Source of the DNA: an uncultured Bacilli bacterium
GTDB taxonomy: Bacteria; Bacillota_I; Bacilli_A; RF39; UBA660
Length of the DNA: 57,828 nucleotides
Assembly (NCBI GenBank): GCA_948629335.1
Contig: CAPHZB010000002.1
Span: 1 to 57,828, forward strand
Direction: 5' to 3'
The position numbers were made by a program, and so were the translations under genes. Under the pieces are notes generated by a model. It ran no database searches and was not told the origin of the DNA. It saw nothing but the letters and a program-made list of their open reading frames with translations. Of the stretch, positions 27,211-36,459 are shown one piece after another; position 1 is the stretch's first letter; each line of letters begins with the position of its first letter.

Positions 27211-28047
27211 ATGAAACTTTTTATGGAAAAACAAATTAGTAAGGAAATATTTATTCCTTTTGGCCTTGAAATTGAAATGGAAGGAATTCCATTTGAAGAA
27301 GGAGAACGTGTTATTTGTCATAAAGTAGATGAAAATTGGATAATAGGAACAGATTTAAGTTTAACCGATGAAGGAATTGAATTATCTTCTCCTGTCTTAT
27401 CCAATGAAATAGAAACATTTAAGAAATTAAAGAAACTAGCAAAAACACTCGAATTTTTAAATCCTACCTTTGAACATGCCAGTTTTCAAATTAATTTAGA
27501 TGCTTATACTTTTTCGAAGGAAGATTTTATCAATTTACTTAAAATGTTTTCTATATACGAAAATATTATTTATCGCTTTTCTACAGGAGAAGAGGAACAT
27601 ATAAGAGAATGTGCTGGCGAATTTGCAAGCCCTGTAGCACAACGTTTTTATGATAAATATCATGGAACTGCAAAAAAAGAGATGAGTTATCAAAGACTTA
27701 TTAATAATGAAACTATGGCGCTTTCTTTAAAAAGAAAATTGAAAAAGAAGGAAAGTCCTATTGCAATGATAGAATTCAGGACCCCGAATGGAACTTGTAA
27801 TTACGATTTGTGGTTCAATTATATTACCTTTTTTTCTGCTTTTCTAACTTACATAAAAAGTGAAGTCTATGATAAAGAAAAAATGGATTATTTATTTGAA
27901 CATGAACCATTTTTAGGTTGTATAGGAGAGTTAGAAGCAATTGATGAGAAAAAAGCTTTACAACTTGCAGACTTAATATTTACAAATGAAGAGGATAAAA
28001 GTGCCTTTTATAAACAATATATTTATAAAAGAAAAGTATATAAATAA
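27211..28047 (+). CDS. Amidoligase (glutamine synthetase-like, Amidoligase_2) family protein, tentative
   Basis: FGLEIEMEG...GTDLSL...GIELSSPVL resembles the conserved N-terminal blocks of the amidoligase family as I recall them. The start is uncertain (27211 or 27223). Confidence 0.5.
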   Translation: MKLFMEKQISKEIFIPFGLEIEMEGIPFEEGERVICHKVDENWIIGTDLSLTDEGIELSSPVLSNEIETFKKLKKLAKTLEFLNPTFEHASFQINLDAYTFSKEDFINLLKMFSIYENIIYRFSTGEEEHIRECAGEFASPVAQRFYDKYHGTAKKEMSYQRLINNETMALSLKRKLKKKESPIAMIEFRTPNGTCNYDLWFNYITFFSAFLTYIKSEVYDKEKMDYLFEHEPFLGCIGELEAIDEKKALQLADLIFTNEEDKSAFYKQYIYKRKVYK

Positions 28048-28079
28048 AAGAGAATGCATATTTTTAGATAGGTATCAAT

Positions 28080-28108
28080 TTGACAAAAGTATATAATTTT
28101 GATACAAT
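28080..28108 (+). promoter_or_regulatory. Strong sigma-A promoter with extended -10, driving the large ncRNA
   Basis: TTGACA (28080-28085), a 17-nt spacer, then TGaTACAAT (28100-28108). Confidence 0.7.
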
Positions 28109-28114
28109 TTAATC

Positions 28115-28730
28115 CAGTGATTGGCGCATTATTCTAGTCACGAAGTTTATTATGAAGGCAGGCCTAAAAATCTGTCAAAGAGCATACCTGTGAAACTTTT
28201 GGTGCTTGCTTTATACGCCCAGTGTGGGGTGAGTGCTGGAAGGTAGAGTATTGGGAAACCTATAATGGCATATAGGGGAACCCAGTGTTCGTGGAGACCC
28301 ATACTTGTTATTAGCCTATACATGAATCCATTGACGGACTAATGACGACTTGGGATTAAACCTACTATGTGGTTAGCGCTACGAGTAGTGTAGCTTGTCT
28401 TGCGTGAATGTCTTGGGATAATTGATCTAAGTAAAAATAACTGGCCAATTATTTTTACCTATTGCAATTTGAAATCACATTTGCAAAAAAGAATTAGTAA
28501 TAAATGGAGTGTTTGAGGAAATCTCCTAGAGTGTAAATAAAATGGGATTGCGGTGTATACTAAGTGGCGATCAAGTTATATATGTGGTGACACTATATTG
28601 GAATCTTTAAAGGGGAACCGCACGTGTGGTAACGCACTGTAGATTCTAGAGAAATTCTACTTGACCTAAGATACAAAGTTTACTGTTTTATAGCCAGACA
28701 CATCTAATTTGGGAATATTTCCCTTTTTTT
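28115..28730 (+). ncRNA. Large structured noncoding RNA candidate of about 615 nt. The best guess is OLE-class RNA; it could also be another or a new large RNA.
   Basis: The supplied track shows no ORF of 60 aa or more in any frame across 28048-28665. G+C is clearly raised: I count 32/60 for 28201-28260 and 25-26/60 for the next two 60-nt lines. Local helices include CCTATA/TATAGG (28259-28276), GCTAC/GTAGC (28378-28394) and GTAGA.TTC/GAA..TCTAC (28639-28660). The unit ends at the hairpin GGGAA-TAT-TTCCC plus T7 (28711-28730). A small DUF21-like membrane protein follows directly. Confidence 0.6.
28711..28730 (+). terminator. Short intrinsic terminator or partial terminator at the end of the ncRNA
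   Basis: GGGAA / TTCCC stem with a 3-nt loop, then TTTTTTT. The stem is weak, so read-through into the next gene is plausible. Confidence 0.45.
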
Positions 28731-28744
28731 GTTTGAGGTGCATA

Positions 28745-29350
28745 ATGAAAAAAATAGAAAAAATACGTTTAAAAGAGGAATTTACAAATCTAAAAGTACT
28801 AACAGAGAGAAAAGAGAAGAAAAACAAAAGGATTGTAGACATAAAGTGGATTTTAAAAATAACATTGCTTGCCTTTATTTTATCAATTGGTTTCTCCTTT
28901 TTATGTGAAATGGCATTACCAAAAGTGGATCTTTTAATAGAAATTTTACTTATCTTTTTATTTATTTTATTAGGAGTCTTGTTTGATATGGTAGGTGTAT
29001 CAGTAACCAGTGCAGATATAGAACCTTTTAATTCTATGAGTTCTAGAAAAGTAAGAGGAGCTAAAACGGCAGTAAGATTGATACAAAAGGCGGACAAAGT
29101 ATCTTCGTTTTGTAACGATGTCATAGGAGATATTTGTGGTATTGTTTCAGGTTCTGCTGGAGCAATCGTATCTGTTAGCTTGTCAAACGATTTTTCTGTC
29201 TCGCCACTTATTACAACATTAATCACCACTGCTTGTATTGCTTCTTTAACCATAGGAGGGAAGGCTTTAGGAAAAAGCTATGCTGTGAATAAGAATAATA
29301 TCATCTTGTACAAATTCGCTAAATTCATATCTCGTTTTATAGGTGAATAA
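28745..29350 (+). CDS. Small DUF21 (CNNM/CorB transmembrane domain)-like membrane protein; candidate OapA-type OLE-associated protein
   Basis: RBS GAGGTG, then ATG 28745. The product is 201 aa with a Lys/Arg-rich N-terminal tail (KKIEKIRLKEEF...RKEKKNKR) followed by TM segments. DMVGVSVTSADIEPFNSMSSRKVRGAKTAVRLIQKADKVSSFCNDVIGDICGIVSG resembles the DUF21 pattern. No CBS or CorC domains follow. Confidence 0.55.
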   Translation: MKKIEKIRLKEEFTNLKVLTERKEKKNKRIVDIKWILKITLLAFILSIGFSFLCEMALPKVDLLIEILLIFLFILLGVLFDMVGVSVTSADIEPFNSMSSRKVRGAKTAVRLIQKADKVSSFCNDVIGDICGIVSGSAGAIVSVSLSNDFSVSPLITTLITTACIASLTIGGKALGKSYAVNKNNIILYKFAKFISRFIGE

Positions 29351-29413
29351 CTTCTTACTTGAAAAAAAACGAATAGTTTGGTATGATAGTAACAGAATAG
29401 AAGAGGTGTGTCT

Positions 29414-30925
29414 ATGAATGAAGAATCTAAAAATATACAGGAAGAACAATCAGAAGAAATTCCAGAGGAATTATATGCCCCACTTGGAGATGTTTCCTTT
29501 CAAAAACCGAAAAAAGAAATTATTCCTGAATATGTATCTTATAAGGATGTAGATTTGGAGTATTCTAAGAAACCATTTAATGCTAAGAAATTAGTTTACC
29601 GCATTGTTACACTTCTTATTATAGCTCTATTTGTTGTAGCAAGTGTTTTGTATGTAAAAAGTAAGAAAAATGTATATAGAAGTTGGTTAAATGGAGAAAC
29701 AAAAAATATAACAGCTAAATTAAATACAGTTTTGGAAAATAAATTCATCCATTTAAGTAAAAGTTCACCTTTTGTAACTTCTTTTCTTGTAAACTTTGAA
29801 ACAGATTACGATACAACTTTAATTACTAAAGAAGAAAAAGAACTATTAGATACAGTAAAGAATATACATATGTCTTATACTTTAGGAATGGATTTAAAAA
29901 ACAAAGAACTTACACATGCATTAAAATCAACATATAGTAATGAAGATTTACTTACCATTTATGGAAATGGGAATCAAGATGTATTTAGTCTTTTAATACG
30001 TGAAGTAACAGGTAGATATATGGAAGTTCCAAATCATGCTTCGTTTTTACTTCAGGATACAAAAACGACAAAAAAAGATATAGAAACTTTTCGAAAATAT
30101 ATGGTTCAATTTCTTTTAAATGAGATTGCAGAAGATGATTTAAATGAAGAAAAAAAAGAGTTAGAACTTGATGGAAAAATAGAAAATGTAAGAGATATTT
30201 CTTTTCATCTTACACAAAATAGAATACAGAATATTCTTATAAAGTGGAGTGATACATTTAAAAATAATAAACTATTTAAAGAAAAAATCACTTCTTGTTT
30301 TAATATTAGTGAAACAGATTTACACAATTATTTAGAAAAAATAAAAAATATGCCTGTTCAAGAGATAGAAATACATGTTTATGCCAAAGGTCTTATAAAT
30401 AAAGTAGTTGGTTATGACATCAAAGTAGAGACGTCTTCTATCTATGAATTTTCAAATAGAAAAGGAAAAAGGAAACAATATAAATTAGTCAAAAATGGAG
30501 AAAACATCTTTGATATAGTAAAAAAAGAAGAAAACATAACAGGGAAAATAGGAAGCAATTCTGTAGAAATTACAAAGACAGATGAAAATGCATACACATA
30601 CTCTATACAAAGAGATGAGGAATATTATAAAGGGACAATCGTAAAAAAAGATACAGAATTAAAATTATCAAAACAAGGGAATATTGATTTTTTAGTTCAT
30701 CATTTAGATAAAGAAGAGCGTGAGATTTCACATAGTAAATTATCCTTTACGTATAACACAAAAACAGTGGATTTTCTTTCAAAATATGATGATAATCAAC
30801 TTATATCTTATGAGGCTTTAAAAGAAGAAGAAAAAATAGAAGTTAAAAAGAGGATTAAGCAGAAAAAGACTGTGCGACAAGTTTTGGATAATGTGAAAAA
30901 ATATAGAAAGAAAATGTGGAAATAA
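29414..30925 (+). CDS. Hypothetical single-pass membrane protein (about 504 aa)
   Basis: RBS AGAGGTG. One TM segment (LVYRIVTLLIIALFVVASVLYV) and a large extracytoplasmic domain. No motif is recognised. Confidence 0.6.
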   Translation: MNEESKNIQEEQSEEIPEELYAPLGDVSFQKPKKEIIPEYVSYKDVDLEYSKKPFNAKKLVYRIVTLLIIALFVVASVLYVKSKKNVYRSWLNGETKNITAKLNTVLENKFIHLSKSSPFVTSFLVNFETDYDTTLITKEEKELLDTVKNIHMSYTLGMDLKNKELTHALKSTYSNEDLLTIYGNGNQDVFSLLIREVTGRYMEVPNHASFLLQDTKTTKKDIETFRKYMVQFLLNEIAEDDLNEEKKELELDGKIENVRDISFHLTQNRIQNILIKWSDTFKNNKLFKEKITSCFNISETDLHNYLEKIKNMPVQEIEIHVYAKGLINKVVGYDIKVETSSIYEFSNRKGKRKQYKLVKNGENIFDIVKKEENITGKIGSNSVEITKTDENAYTYSIQRDEEYYKGTIVKKDTELKLSKQGNIDFLVHHLDKEEREISHSKLSFTYNTKTVDFLSKYDDNQLISYEALKEEEKIEVKKRIKQKKTVRQVLDNVKKYRKKMWK

Positions 30926-30950
30926 AAGAATGTGAAAAAACATTCTTTTT
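30925..30950 (+). terminator. Intrinsic terminator
   Basis: AAAGAATGT / ACATTCTTT stem followed by a short T-run. Confidence 0.6.
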
Positions 30951-30969
30951 GGGTAGATGAGGTGCTTAG

Positions 30970-31908
30970 ATGATATATATATTTTATGGATTAAATACAT
31001 TTTTAATTGACAAAGAAATTGAAAAATTGAAAAGAAATATAGATCCACTTTCTTATGAAAAATATGATTTAGAAAATAGTAATATGACAGATATTGTTAT
31101 GCATGCAGATGAAGTTTCCTTGTTTTCAAGTAAACAGATGATTGTTGTTGAAAATGCATATATATTTATGGCTTCGACAAATAAAAAATTACCTGAACAA
31201 AACATAGATGGCTTAGAGGCTTATTTCAAAAATCCAAATCCTAATACCATTCTTGTTTTTAAGGTTGAAAAAGACAAACTGGATGAAAGAAAAAAAATAG
31301 TGAAATTAGCAAAAGAAAAAGGATATCTAAAGGAATATAACAAGATAGATCATACGCCAAAAATGGTTTTAGATCTTTTTGGGGAGTATTCAATTACAAA
31401 AGAAGACGCTACTTTTTTATTAGAACGGGTAGGAAATAATCTGTCAATTCTTGAACAAGAAATCGAAAAAATAAAATTATACAAAAATGAGGATAAGACT
31501 GTTTCTAAAGAAGATATTCTTCTTTTGACAAGCCAAAATATTGATACAGATATTTTTAATTTGATCGATGCCATTCTTACAAGGGATAAAAAGGTAGCAA
31601 TTCAAAGTTATCAAGAAATGATAAAATTAGGGGAGGAACCCATTATGATTCTTGTAATGTTAGCCAATCAATTTCGAATGATTTATCAAGTAAAGAAATT
31701 ATACCAAAGAGGATATAGTGAAAAAGATATTTCAAGCGAACTGAAAGTACATTGGTATCCTATCCGAAAAACACTTGGAAGAATGCAACAATATGATGAG
31801 GATACATTAATTTCCTATATACAGAAATTAGCTAATTTAGATATTGCAATCAAAAAAGGAGAAGTCGACAAAGGTATTTCATTAGAAATGTTTATTTTAA
31901 ATGTATAA
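30970..31908 (+). CDS. holA: DNA polymerase III delta subunit
   Basis: IYIFYG N-terminus, 312 aa, with delta-subunit-like layout. Its position relative to rpsT/gpr fits the usual Firmicutes neighbourhood. Confidence 0.8.
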   Translation: MIYIFYGLNTFLIDKEIEKLKRNIDPLSYEKYDLENSNMTDIVMHADEVSLFSSKQMIVVENAYIFMASTNKKLPEQNIDGLEAYFKNPNPNTILVFKVEKDKLDERKKIVKLAKEKGYLKEYNKIDHTPKMVLDLFGEYSITKEDATFLLERVGNNLSILEQEIEKIKLYKNEDKTVSKEDILLLTSQNIDTDIFNLIDAILTRDKKVAIQSYQEMIKLGEEPIMILVMLANQFRMIYQVKKLYQRGYSEKDISSELKVHWYPIRKTLGRMQQYDEDTLISYIQKLANLDIAIKKGEVDKGISLEMFILNV

Positions 31909-31932
31909 AAAAAAGTTCCTTATGGAGCTTTT

Positions 31933-33327
31933 TTAAATGTCTAAATTAATATCAAAATCATTAAATTCATTTGAAGAAACATCTCTTACAACATCGTTTT
32001 CAATACGAAGCGGTGGGTTTGAACTAAATATAGGTGGAGTAGTTGGTTGTGGCTTTGTGGCTTCTACCATTTGTTTTTCTGTATTTATATTTGTGGAAGC
32101 AATAGAACTTGCTATTCCAAAATTCTCTTCTTTACTTGCTTCATCATTTTCTAATTCAATTAATTTTAGAACTTCTTCAATTGTTGTTTCACCCGCTAGA
32201 ACCTTGTTGATTCCATCCTGCAATAAAGTAGTAACATCAGATGTATATACTAACTTTCTTAGTTCATCCTTTCTTACATTATTACTAATCGCATCTTTTA
32301 CTTCCTGATTAACGAGAAGGACTTCATGTATTGCAATACGACCTCTATATCCATTGGAACATTCAGGGCATCCGACGTTTGTATAGACTTCATTTATTTG
32401 TTTGTGCGTAACTTCGTAGAGTAATTTTTTTTCATAGTCATTTGTTGGTCTTAACTTGCGACATTTTTTACAGAGCCTACGAGCTAATTTTTGTGCGATG
32501 ACACCTGTTAGAGCAGAAGACAAAAGATAACGTTCGACATCCATATCAAGTAAACGCTCAATTGTATTTAAAGAGGAATTGGTGTGGACAGTGGAAAGAA
32601 CGAGGTGCCCAGTAATTGAAGCACGAACTGCAATCTTTGCTGTTTCTGAGTCACGAATTTCACCAATCATGATAATATTTGGGTCTTGACGTAAAATAGA
32701 ACGAAGAACAGAAGCGAAGGTTAAACCAATTTCGCTGTTTGTTTGTACTTGATTAATACCTTCAATATTCATTTCAATTGGGTCCTCAACTGTAATAATA
32801 TTTGTTTCCTCTCGATTCAATCTCTGTAAGATGGAATAAACGGTTGTTGATTTACCACTACCAGTAGCACCTGTTACTAAAATAATTCCGTTTGGAACCG
32901 AAATCATCTTCAGTACTTTCTCATAATTGCTCTTTGAAAATCCTAAAGCTTCTAGACCTGCTTGGCTCATCGAATAATCCAAAATACGAACAACGATTTT
33001 TTCCCCTAAGTTTGTAGGAAGGGCAGAAACACGAAGATCCAAGTCGATGCCACCTAGTGTTGCTTTAATCGCACCATCTTGTGGAAGACGTGATTCTGTA
33101 ATATTCATTCCAGAAATAATTTTTATACGTGTAACTAAATTTTTCTTAATGTCGTTTGGAACCTCTACATAGTCCATTAAGTCTCCATCAATACGGATAC
33201 GAACTTTCATTTTATCTTCATGAGGGTCAAAGTGGATATCAGAAGCACCTCTTTTTGCAGCATCAACTAACATATCATTGACCACTTCAACAACTGGTAT
33301 TTTTTCAAAATCTATAATTTTTAACAC
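31933..33327 (-). CDS. Type IV pilus / T2SS assembly ATPase (GspE/PilB/ComGA family)
   Basis: Walker A GATGSGKST, Asp box, Walker B IIMIGEIRD, His box LVLSTVHTN and a tetracysteine CKKC...CPEC. GTG start with GGAG RBS. A low-complexity C-terminal tail of about 70 aa is present. Confidence 0.9.
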   Translation of the reverse strand: MLKIIDFEKIPVVEVVNDMLVDAAKRGASDIHFDPHEDKMKVRIRIDGDLMDYVEVPNDIKKNLVTRIKIISGMNITESRLPQDGAIKATLGGIDLDLRVSALPTNLGEKIVVRILDYSMSQAGLEALGFSKSNYEKVLKMISVPNGIILVTGATGSGKSTTVYSILQRLNREETNIITVEDPIEMNIEGINQVQTNSEIGLTFASVLRSILRQDPNIIMIGEIRDSETAKIAVRASITGHLVLSTVHTNSSLNTIERLLDMDVERYLLSSALTGVIAQKLARRLCKKCRKLRPTNDYEKKLLYEVTHKQINEVYTNVGCPECSNGYRGRIAIHEVLLVNQEVKDAISNNVRKDELRKLVYTSDVTTLLQDGINKVLAGETTIEEVLKLIELENDEASKEENFGIASSIASTNINTEKQMVEATKPQPTTPPIFSSNPPLRIENDVVRDVSSNEFNDFDINLDI

Positions 33328-33435
33328 ACCCTGTCAACTCCTTTTTTTATTCTTTTTTTTATTTAGGACTAGCATTTATCCTAGAAGTATTATATAATAG
33401 ATAAGAGGAAAATACAATAAAAAGGAGTTAAATTT

Positions 33436-33951
33436 ATGAAAAAAAATAATAGAGGTTTTACATTAGTTGAGACATTAGTCGTCTCTGCCTTTATCATCGG
33501 TGTTTTGGTATTTTTGTTTGCAGAGTTTACACAATTGAAAAAAAGCTATGATGTATCTTTTGAGTTTAATACAATTCCAGCATTATATAAAGCAAAGAAC
33601 ATTGATCGCTATATTACCTCTACAGGAAATGAACTATTAATTCAAGCTCTAGAAAATAGCAGTGGGGGATTTATTGATATTACAACTTGTCCAAGTGAAT
33701 ATGTAATGAAGACAGATTACTGTAAAACTTTATTTAGTGATTTAAGAGTTTCTTCGGTGTTTGCGGTAAAAGAATCTACCCTTAAAACAAGTTTTGAAGA
33801 CGAACTAAAAGATAATAAGACAGGATTTTACCATGAAAAGCTATACCAATTTGTAAAAAATATGAGTATTAATAATGAAAACTATGAAGGGTACAGATTG
33901 GTTGTTGAATTTGAAGGTGACCAATTTGGAACGGTTAAGTTAAGTAATTAG
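33436..33951 (+). CDS. Prepilin-type N-terminal cleavage/methylation domain protein (pilin or pseudopilin)
   Basis: MKKNNRGFTLVETLVVSAFIIGVLVF shows the class III signal G/FTLVE followed by a hydrophobic helix. Confidence 0.85.
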   Translation: MKKNNRGFTLVETLVVSAFIIGVLVFLFAEFTQLKKSYDVSFEFNTIPALYKAKNIDRYITSTGNELLIQALENSSGGFIDITTCPSEYVMKTDYCKTLFSDLRVSSVFAVKESTLKTSFEDELKDNKTGFYHEKLYQFVKNMSINNENYEGYRLVVEFEGDQFGTVKLSN

Positions 33952-33960
33952 GAGGATTAT

Positions 33961-35448
33961 ATGGAAAGAAACGAAAAAGGATTTACACTTGTTGAAATTA
34001 TTGTTACATTTTGTTTAATTTCAACAATATCATTTTTATTATTTCAAATTGTTTTAAGTTTAAAAAATTTGTATACCTCTTCTGATTATAAAACGATTTT
34101 ATTAATTGACCAAGGGAATTTGACACGGAGAATCAATGATGACTTTTTTGATTTAAATGTAAATGAGATTAAGACTTGTTCAGATGGAACAGTAGATCAC
34201 CAGTTATGTTTGGATTTTGTATTAACAGATCCAAGTACAAGAGATGAAGCAGGGGAACCTACGAAAGTAACAAAACGATTAGAGGTCATTTCTCCGAAGG
34301 AAGATGTAGAAGGAAAAATTATATACGATGGTTATGCAATGACTTTTGCAAAAGGAAGTCAATTAGGTGAAGTAGAAGCAACACTTTCTTATATTCCAGA
34401 TGATACAGTTAGATACAACACTTTTTTGACAATCGACGCTCCTATTACTAATAAATTATCTTCTGGAGACTTTGGACTACATATGACAACGCAGTTCTAT
34501 ACCGAAATGGATGCGAATGGAGAATTATCTCCTACTAAAATGAACGAGTATAATCAATTGCAATCTTCAAATTGGGGACTTACAGGGGTACAAGCAGTTC
34601 ATTTAACAACATTTACAGTGAATGATATGATACGTAGAGTTTTAGCAACAGAGGGAGGAAAATATACAAAAGATGGACTTTATGATGTATCTCTTGATGT
34701 ATGGAATAGAAATGATAAAGATTTTCCTAAATATGTATATAAAGGAACAAGCCCAAATAACTTTATTGTTATAGATGCAAAGTGTTATCGAATTATGCAA
34801 ATAACACAAGAAAATGGATTAAAAATCATTTATGATGGAACTTATGTAGGGAATTCTTGTAGATCAGAAACAACGGCTTCTAAAACAGCAAATTATGGAA
34901 CAAATAACAATTGGTTAAATTCTCAAATTCGAAATACAACATTAACGAATTTCGTCTTGGATAAAAATATCAGTTCTAATAGTAATTTCTTCTATGGGGC
35001 AGTAACGTTACCTAGTACTTCAACAGAAGATACTTATACCAATATGGTAAATATGTTGGTACAACAAAAGGGTGCATCAGCAATTTCTGCAGTTGTTAGT
35101 GAATATTATGGAGATCATGCAAAGAGTATTGCTGTTCCTTCGATTCTAGATTATGTTTTATCTTCAAGTGCAGAGACTTGTACGGGGATACTCTCAGCTA
35201 GAACAGGAAGTTGCAATAGTGCGAACTATTTAGCAAAAAGTTTTAATTATTGGTTGATGACAGCAGATGGAGCTAACACAACAAATGCATGGAGTATTGT
35301 GGGTGGAAAATTAACATCAAGTACAGTAGGAACTTCTATGGGTGTAAGACCTGTCCTTTATTTAAAAGCTTCAACAACATTTACCCTTTCTGAGGGAGGT
35401 GTAGGAGCAAAAGGTTCAAGTACAAACCCTTACATTGTAAATTCATAA
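33961..35448 (+). CDS. Large prepilin-type protein (495 aa) with a big C-terminal domain
   Basis: MERNEKGFTLVEIIVTFCLIS is a class III signal. The C-terminal region of about 450 aa is Ser/Thr/Asn-rich and of unknown fold. Confidence 0.8.
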   Translation: MERNEKGFTLVEIIVTFCLISTISFLLFQIVLSLKNLYTSSDYKTILLIDQGNLTRRINDDFFDLNVNEIKTCSDGTVDHQLCLDFVLTDPSTRDEAGEPTKVTKRLEVISPKEDVEGKIIYDGYAMTFAKGSQLGEVEATLSYIPDDTVRYNTFLTIDAPITNKLSSGDFGLHMTTQFYTEMDANGELSPTKMNEYNQLQSSNWGLTGVQAVHLTTFTVNDMIRRVLATEGGKYTKDGLYDVSLDVWNRNDKDFPKYVYKGTSPNNFIVIDAKCYRIMQITQENGLKIIYDGTYVGNSCRSETTASKTANYGTNNNWLNSQIRNTTLTNFVLDKNISSNSNFFYGAVTLPSTSTEDTYTNMVNMLVQQKGASAISAVVSEYYGDHAKSIAVPSILDYVLSSSAETCTGILSARTGSCNSANYLAKSFNYWLMTADGANTTNAWSIVGGKLTSSTVGTSMGVRPVLYLKASTTFTLSEGGVGAKGSSTNPYIVNS

Positions 35449-36395
35449 AGAAGTAAAAATAAACAACCTGCAATGGCTGCATGAAGTAGGCGTGCCATTA
35501 AAAAAGGAAGAGTATTTAAGTCAGTATCTGAAAGGATACTGATTATTTGTATATAGATACTGATGCCACCGAAAGATAAAAGCATCACAGATAGAATCCC
35601 TTTATGAAAGGAAGACAAATCCAAGACAGAAAGGGCTTGTAAACCTTGTGTCATTTCTAAAATCCCTTTTATGGTAGCGTTTAAGTATCCATTCGTTGGT
35701 AGAAAATCGTGAAGTAGTGCAGTTATTATAAATATGAATGTCACACTTCCTAAAATTAATAACATCACATCGAGTGCTTCTTTGATACTTTTTACAACTA
35801 TAACAGCAATATTTTTCTGTTTCTGCACTTGCCACATTTTTTTCATTGCTTCTTTTAAATGTATCTTATGTTCCCCCTCTTGATTTGAAGGCGTACCATA
35901 ATTACGAAAAAGAAAAGCAATGATAAAGTTAGCTAAATAATGGCAGGTTAAAATAAGAAATCCTAATTTTGGATTTTGCAAATAGGTAATTGATAAGGTT
36001 CCTAAAATAAAAAGAGGACTTGAGAAAAAAGTAAATGTTAATACCTTTTCTGCTTCTTTTTTAGAAAGTAATCCTTTTTGATATAATTCCTTGGTATATT
36101 TTGCATTAGAAGGGCTACCTGATAACAAGCTCATAGCCACGACAAAAGAAGCATTTGGATTAACTCTAAAAAGATACATAAGTGGTTTTAAAATTTCTTT
36201 AAAAAGTTCAATAAATCCATATTCAATCATAATATGTGCTATAATGAAGAAAGGAAATAGGGAAGGAAAAATATTTTGTTTCCAAATATCTATGCCTTTT
36301 ATAACGGATTCTAACACAATGCTTGTATTTCGAAATAGTAAGAAAATAGAACTAATTAAAAGAAAACTAATCAAAAAAGAAGAAAATTTCTTCAT
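35430..36395 (-). CDS. ylbJ: Sporulation integral membrane protein YlbJ-like
   Basis: Polytopic membrane protein with nucleoside-recognition-like repeats, located next to a ylbL-like gene as in Bacillus. I prefer the start at ATG 36395 after AAGGTGA. Confidence 0.6.
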   Translation of the reverse strand: MKKFSSFLISFLLISSIFLLFRNTSIVLESVIKGIDIWKQNIFPSLFPFFIIAHIMIEYGFIELFKEILKPLMYLFRVNPNASFVVAMSLLSGSPSNAKYTKELYQKGLLSKKEAEKVLTFTFFSSPLFILGTLSITYLQNPKLGFLILTCHYLANFIIAFLFRNYGTPSNQEGEHKIHLKEAMKKMWQVQKQKNIAVIVVKSIKEALDVMLLILGSVTFIFIITALLHDFLPTNGYLNATIKGILEMTQGLQALSVLDLSSFHKGILSVMLLSFGGISIYIQIISILSDTDLNTLPFLMARLLHAAIAGCLFLLLYEFTM

Positions 36396-36459
36396 AAGAA
36401 TCACCTTATAAAATATATGAAAGAAATTTGGAATCTTGAATAGAATGGAGTGGTGAGAT

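Noticed and set aside
27106-27321. N-terminal 72 codons of the ORF-track version of rarA.
   Set aside because: The conserved MgsA N-terminus starts at MNEPLAVKLRP with a GAGGAAG RBS. The extension would run through the divergent consensus promoter at 27163-27191.
28230-28300. GGGAAACC...TATAGGGGAACC in the large RNA resembles the GAAACCC...GGUAGGGGAACC segment of Bacillus-type RNase P RNA.
   Set aside because: I could not find the universally conserved P4 elements (GAGGAAAGUCC and the ACAGAA-type 3' strand) on either strand. The locus is also too long and is paired with a membrane protein gene. tmRNA was excluded too, because there is no GGGG...tRNA-like 3' end. SRP RNA was excluded because there is no GGAAGCAGCC-type domain IV.
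28666-29253. 195-aa minus-strand ORF.
   Set aside because: It is antisense to the DUF21-like gene, which has a proper RBS and a recognisable motif. This is a shadow ORF.
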